64,000 nucleotides of DNA from the human T2T-CHM13v2.0 reference genome, Homo sapiens, in NCBI RefSeq assembly GCF_009914755.1, contig NC_060937.1. One strand, given 5' to 3'. A program made the position numbers and the translations under genes. This document shows, one piece after another, positions 60,286 to 64,000 of this stretch; position 1 is the first letter of the stretch, and each line of letters opens with the position of its first letter. A model generated the notes under the pieces. That model saw only the letters and a program-made list of their open reading frames with translations. It had not been told where the DNA came from and ran no database searches.

Positions 60286-61996
60286 TGTGTCCAAAATTGG
60301 TGGGTTCTTGGTCTCACTGACTTCAAGAATGAAGCTGCGGACCCTCGCGGTGAGTGTTACAGCTCTTAAGGTGGCGCATCTGGAGTTTGTTTCCTTCTGA
60401 TGTTCAGATGTGTTTGGAGTTTCTTCCTTTGGTGAGTTCGTGGTCTCGCTGGCTCAGGAGTGAAGCTAAAGACCTTCGCCATGAGTGTTACAGCTCTTAA
60501 GGCAGCGCGTCTGGAGTTGTTCCTTCCTCCCGGCGGGCTCATGGTCTCCCTGTGCTTGAGGAGTGAAGATGCAGACCTTCGCGGTGAGTGTTACAGCTCA
60601 TAAAAGCAGTGTGGACCCAAAGAGTGAGCAATAGCAAGATTTATTGCAGAGAGCGAAAGAACAAAGCTTCCACAGTATGGAAGGAGACCCGAGTGTGTTG
60701 CCACTGCTGGTTCAGGCAGCCTGCTTTTATTCTCTTATCTGGCCCCACCCACATCCTGCTGACTGGTAGAGCCTAGTGGTCTGTTTTGACAGGGTGCTGA
60801 TTGGTGCGTTTACAATCCCTGAGCTAGACACAAAGGTTCTCCACGTCCCCATCAGATTAGTTAGATACAGAGTATCCACACAAAGGTTCTCCAAGGCCCC
60901 ACCAGAGCAGCTAAATACAGAGCGTCGATTGGTGCACTCACAAACCCTGAGCTAGACACAGGATGCTGACTGGTGTGTTTACAATCCCTGAGCTAGACAT
61001 AAAGGTTCTCCAAGGCCCCACCAGAGCAGCTAGATACAGAGTGTCCATTGGTGCACTCACAAACCTTGAGCTAAACACAGGGTGCTGATTGGTGTGTTTA
61101 CAAACTTTGAGCTAGATACAGAGTGCTGATTGGTGTATTTACAATCCCTGAGCTAGACATAAAGGTTCTCCAAGGCCCCACCAGAGCAGCTAGATACAGA
61201 GTGTCGATTGGTGCACTCACAAACCCTGAGCTAGACACAGGGTGCTGATTGGTGTGTTTACAAACCTTAAGTTAGATACAGAGTGCTGATTGGTGTATTT
61301 ACAATCCCTGAGCTAGACATAAAGACTCTCCACGTCCCCACCAGACTCAGGAGCCCGGCTGGCTTCACCCATTGGATCCCGCGCCGGGGCTGCAGGTGGA
61401 GCTGCCTGCCAGTCCCAGGGCTGTGCACCCGCAATCCTCAGCCCTTGGGTGGTCGATGGGACTGGGCACCGTGGAGCAGGGGGTGGCGCTCGTCGGGGAG
61501 GCTCGGGCCGCACAAGAGCCCATGGAGCGGGTGGGAGGCTCAGGCATGGCGGGCTGCAGGTCCAGAGCCCTGCCCCGCGGGAAGGCAGCTAAGGCCCGGT
61601 GAGAAATCGAGTGCAGCGCCCGTGGGCTGGCACTGCTGGGGGACCCAGTACCCCCTCCACAGCTGCTGGCCCGGGTGCTAAGTCCCTCATTGCCCGGGGC
61701 CAGCAGGGCTGGCCGGCTGCTCTGAGTGCGGGGCCCGCCAAGCCCATGCCCACCCGGAACTCCAGCTGGCCCGCAAGCGCCGCACACAGCCCTGGTTCCC
61801 GCTGGCGCCTCTCCCTCCACACCTCCCTGCAAGCTGAGGGAGTGGGCTCCGGCCTTGGCCAGCCCAGAAAGGGGCTCCCACAGCGCAGCGGTGGGCTGGA
61901 GGGCTCCTCAAGTGCCGCCAAAGTGGGAGCCCACGCAGAGGAGGCGCCGAGAGCGAGCGAGGGCTGTGAGGACTGCCAGCACGCTGTCACCTCTCA
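60286..61996 (-). mobile_element. Solo LTR12C (ERV9 LTR)
   Basis: Minus strand starts TGAGAGGTGACAGCGTGCTGGCAGTCC and ends GAACCCACCAATTTTGGACACA; CpG-rich U3, tandem CCAAT repeat array; 4-bp TSD ATAA (60282-60285, 61997-62000). Confidence 0.96.
60700..61330 (-). promoter_or_regulatory. LTR12C promoter/enhancer: array of eight intact CCAAT (NF-Y) boxes upstream of the GATAAGAGAATAAAAG element
   Basis: Eight attggtg units between ~60800 and ~61295 on plus; cttttattctcttatc at ~60724-60739; ERV9 LTRs are known NF-Y/GATA promoters. Confidence 0.75.
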
Positions 61997-62871
61997 ATAA
62001 CAACCCAGCTAGTCTTATATAGACAGCCCCATTTCAGTGACCAGGAAACTGAAGCTTGGAGAACAACTGTGTTGCTTGAGACCACAGAACTGGGGTTAGA
62101 AGAAGGTCTAACTGACCCCAGAGCCCATGCTCTTCCCAATATGCTGTACTGTCTCCACAGCACACCACGTGCCACACATTTCCCATTTCCAATCCAAAGA
62201 TCATGCCCCTCACATAAATCAAACCACAGACCATGGGAGCTACACACAGGACACTCAGCAACCCTCTGACTATAATTATTTGATGTTGCTTGCCACAGGC
62301 TGTTTGTGCTGCCTGACAATTATGTCTGTGCAGCCAGAAAGCGGAAGGTGAAATGAGTAGAAGAAAGAATAAATGCCCTTCAATGCCTTTCTCCATTTCC
62401 ATGGAGTGTTGCTGCACCCCACTGAAGACATGGTCTGAGCTGAGGCTTCGGAGTTACCCTCAAAGCTGGGCCTTGGCTTTTCTGACCTTCCCTGCAAGCC
62501 GAGTTGTCCCAAGAACCCAGCTGGCCAGGCCACAAGTCAGCTACATCCTGCCCTCCCCTTACTATGAAAACCTGGGGCAGATGATCACCTGGCAGTGCAG
62601 GCTGGCTGTGAAGCAGTCACTCTCCCCATAGCAGATCAGTGAGAGCCATCTCTTACCATGTCCTTGAAGAGGAAAATCAGCTTTGCCCCAGTTTTGATCA
62701 TATGAAGCAATAGTGTATTAAATAATAAAGCCAAAATTGTGACAGGCTGCCTGGCATACTGACACCCTACAGTATGCCAGGCACCGTATGAAACACTTTG
62801 CAACTGTCTTGGGTATTAAACAAGTGGAGGATATCATTACTGGATAAAGCATCCATCAGTCCATGGTCTAC

Positions 62872-63032
62872 CTTGCTTTTCCAAGTGTGGCCCACAGATC
62901 AACAGCATCAACCAACATTATCTAGGAGCTTGTTAGAAAAGCAGAATCTTGGGCCCCTCCCCAATACTAACCTGCATTTTAACATGATTAAGAGGTGGTT
63001 TGTATGCACATTAAAGTTTGAGAAACACTGGT
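62872..63032. mobile_element. MER5A-like MITE
   Basis: caagtgtggccc...ttgttagaaaagcagaatcttgggccc...ctgcattttaaca...aagtttgagaaacactg. Confidence 0.8.
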
Positions 63033-63535
63033 GTAGCGTTCTCTTTAAGTCCAGGATCAAGCAGAAAGTATGATTTTTCCCTCAAGATTTTTAATCCAAA
63101 TGAGACTATACATATATGAGTTCTGCAGCAATTTGGAGCTTCTTGAATTTATATTTCCTTTGTACCTGGTAAAGAGATTTTTTTCAAATTTTCTTTTAAA
63201 GCTTGCTACCCCTCTCAGGCCTTTATAAGGACAAAGAAGCTTTTACCCAACAACATCTGAGCAAAGGTAGGAACCTAGCATCCTTGAGTGCCTTCAAAGG
63301 TGCATTGTGTGATTTATCTCTGGGAGCTGGATATTATGTTTGCTGTTTCTCTGTTACAGGTTAAAAAAAAAAAAAACTAGATTGAAAGGAACTACTCTCG
63401 GTGGCTCTGGCTATTAAGTGGCAGAGCTGGGATTCAAACCCAGGTCCTCTGACTTTAAAGTTCCCACCCTCCCACCATATACCAGGATGAGTCCGCTGCC
63501 CAGCCAAGCCAAGTAAATTTAAAATGGGTCAAAAT

Positions 63536-63851
63536 TGCCGGGCGCGGTGGCTCACACCTGTAATCCCAGCACTTTGGGAGGCTGAGGCGGGCGGATCACG
63601 AGGTCAAGAGATCGAGACCAGCCTGGCCAACATGGTGAAACCCCGTCTCTACTAAAAAAAAAAATACAAAAATTAGCTGGGTGTGGTGGCGCGTGCCTGT
63701 AATCCCAGCTACTCAGGAGGCTGAGGCAGGAGAACTGCTTGAACCAGGACCCGGGGGGCAGAGGTTGCGGTGAGCTGAGATCACGCCATTGCACTCAAGC
63801 CTGGGCAACAAGAGTGAAACTCTGTCTCAAAAATAAATAAATAAATAAAAT
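63536..63851 (+). mobile_element. AluSc/Sg-like
   Basis: gatcacgaggtcaagagatcgagacc; TSD aaaatgggtcaaaat. Confidence 0.95.
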
Positions 63852-64000
63852 AAAATGGGTCAAAATCATAAACATTACTATCCTTTTATCTGGATAAAAA
63901 TACTCCAAGCACAATTGAGTCTTCATATCCCTAACACACAATCTCATGGAAAGAGCAAGAAATGGGTTGTTTTATTTTTATCTATAATGCTATTCAGGTG

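Noticed and set aside
60790-61330. Regular repeat array superficially like a CRISPR array
   Set aside because: Units are LTR12 enhancer tandem repeats without unique spacers; eukaryotic context with no cas genes
61283-62022. Cluster of overlapping 70-155 aa ORFs and CpG-island-like composition
   Set aside because: Explained by the GC-rich U3 region of LTR12C

Overview
Human/primate genomic DNA dominated by interspersed repeats (about 30 Alus, several nested L1 layers, ERVL/MaLR/ERV1 LTRs, DNA transposons, L2/MIR). I find no intact protein-coding gene; almost all tracked ORFs come from Alu, L1 or LTR sequence. Firm calls: a full-length processed NPM1 pseudogene (minus, 9187-10418) inserted with a 14-bp TSD into an L1PA15/16-like element, a TSD-flanked truncated L1PA (44841-45946), and a solo LTR12C (60286-61996, minus, TSD ATAA). 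The main hunt result lies in the unique sequence at ~53.1-62.7 kb: a series of minus-strand, splice-site-bounded segments whose frameshift-corrected translations repeatedly fit the spectrin-repeat pattern. This suggests a decayed multi-exon unitary pseudogene of the dystrophin/nesprin/spectraplakin class, with the LTR12C promoter pointing into it in sense orientation. That call rests on manual motif matching to sequences recalled from memory and needs HMM and comparative confirmation. Repeat subfamily labels are also from memory, and boundaries of old repeats are approximate.
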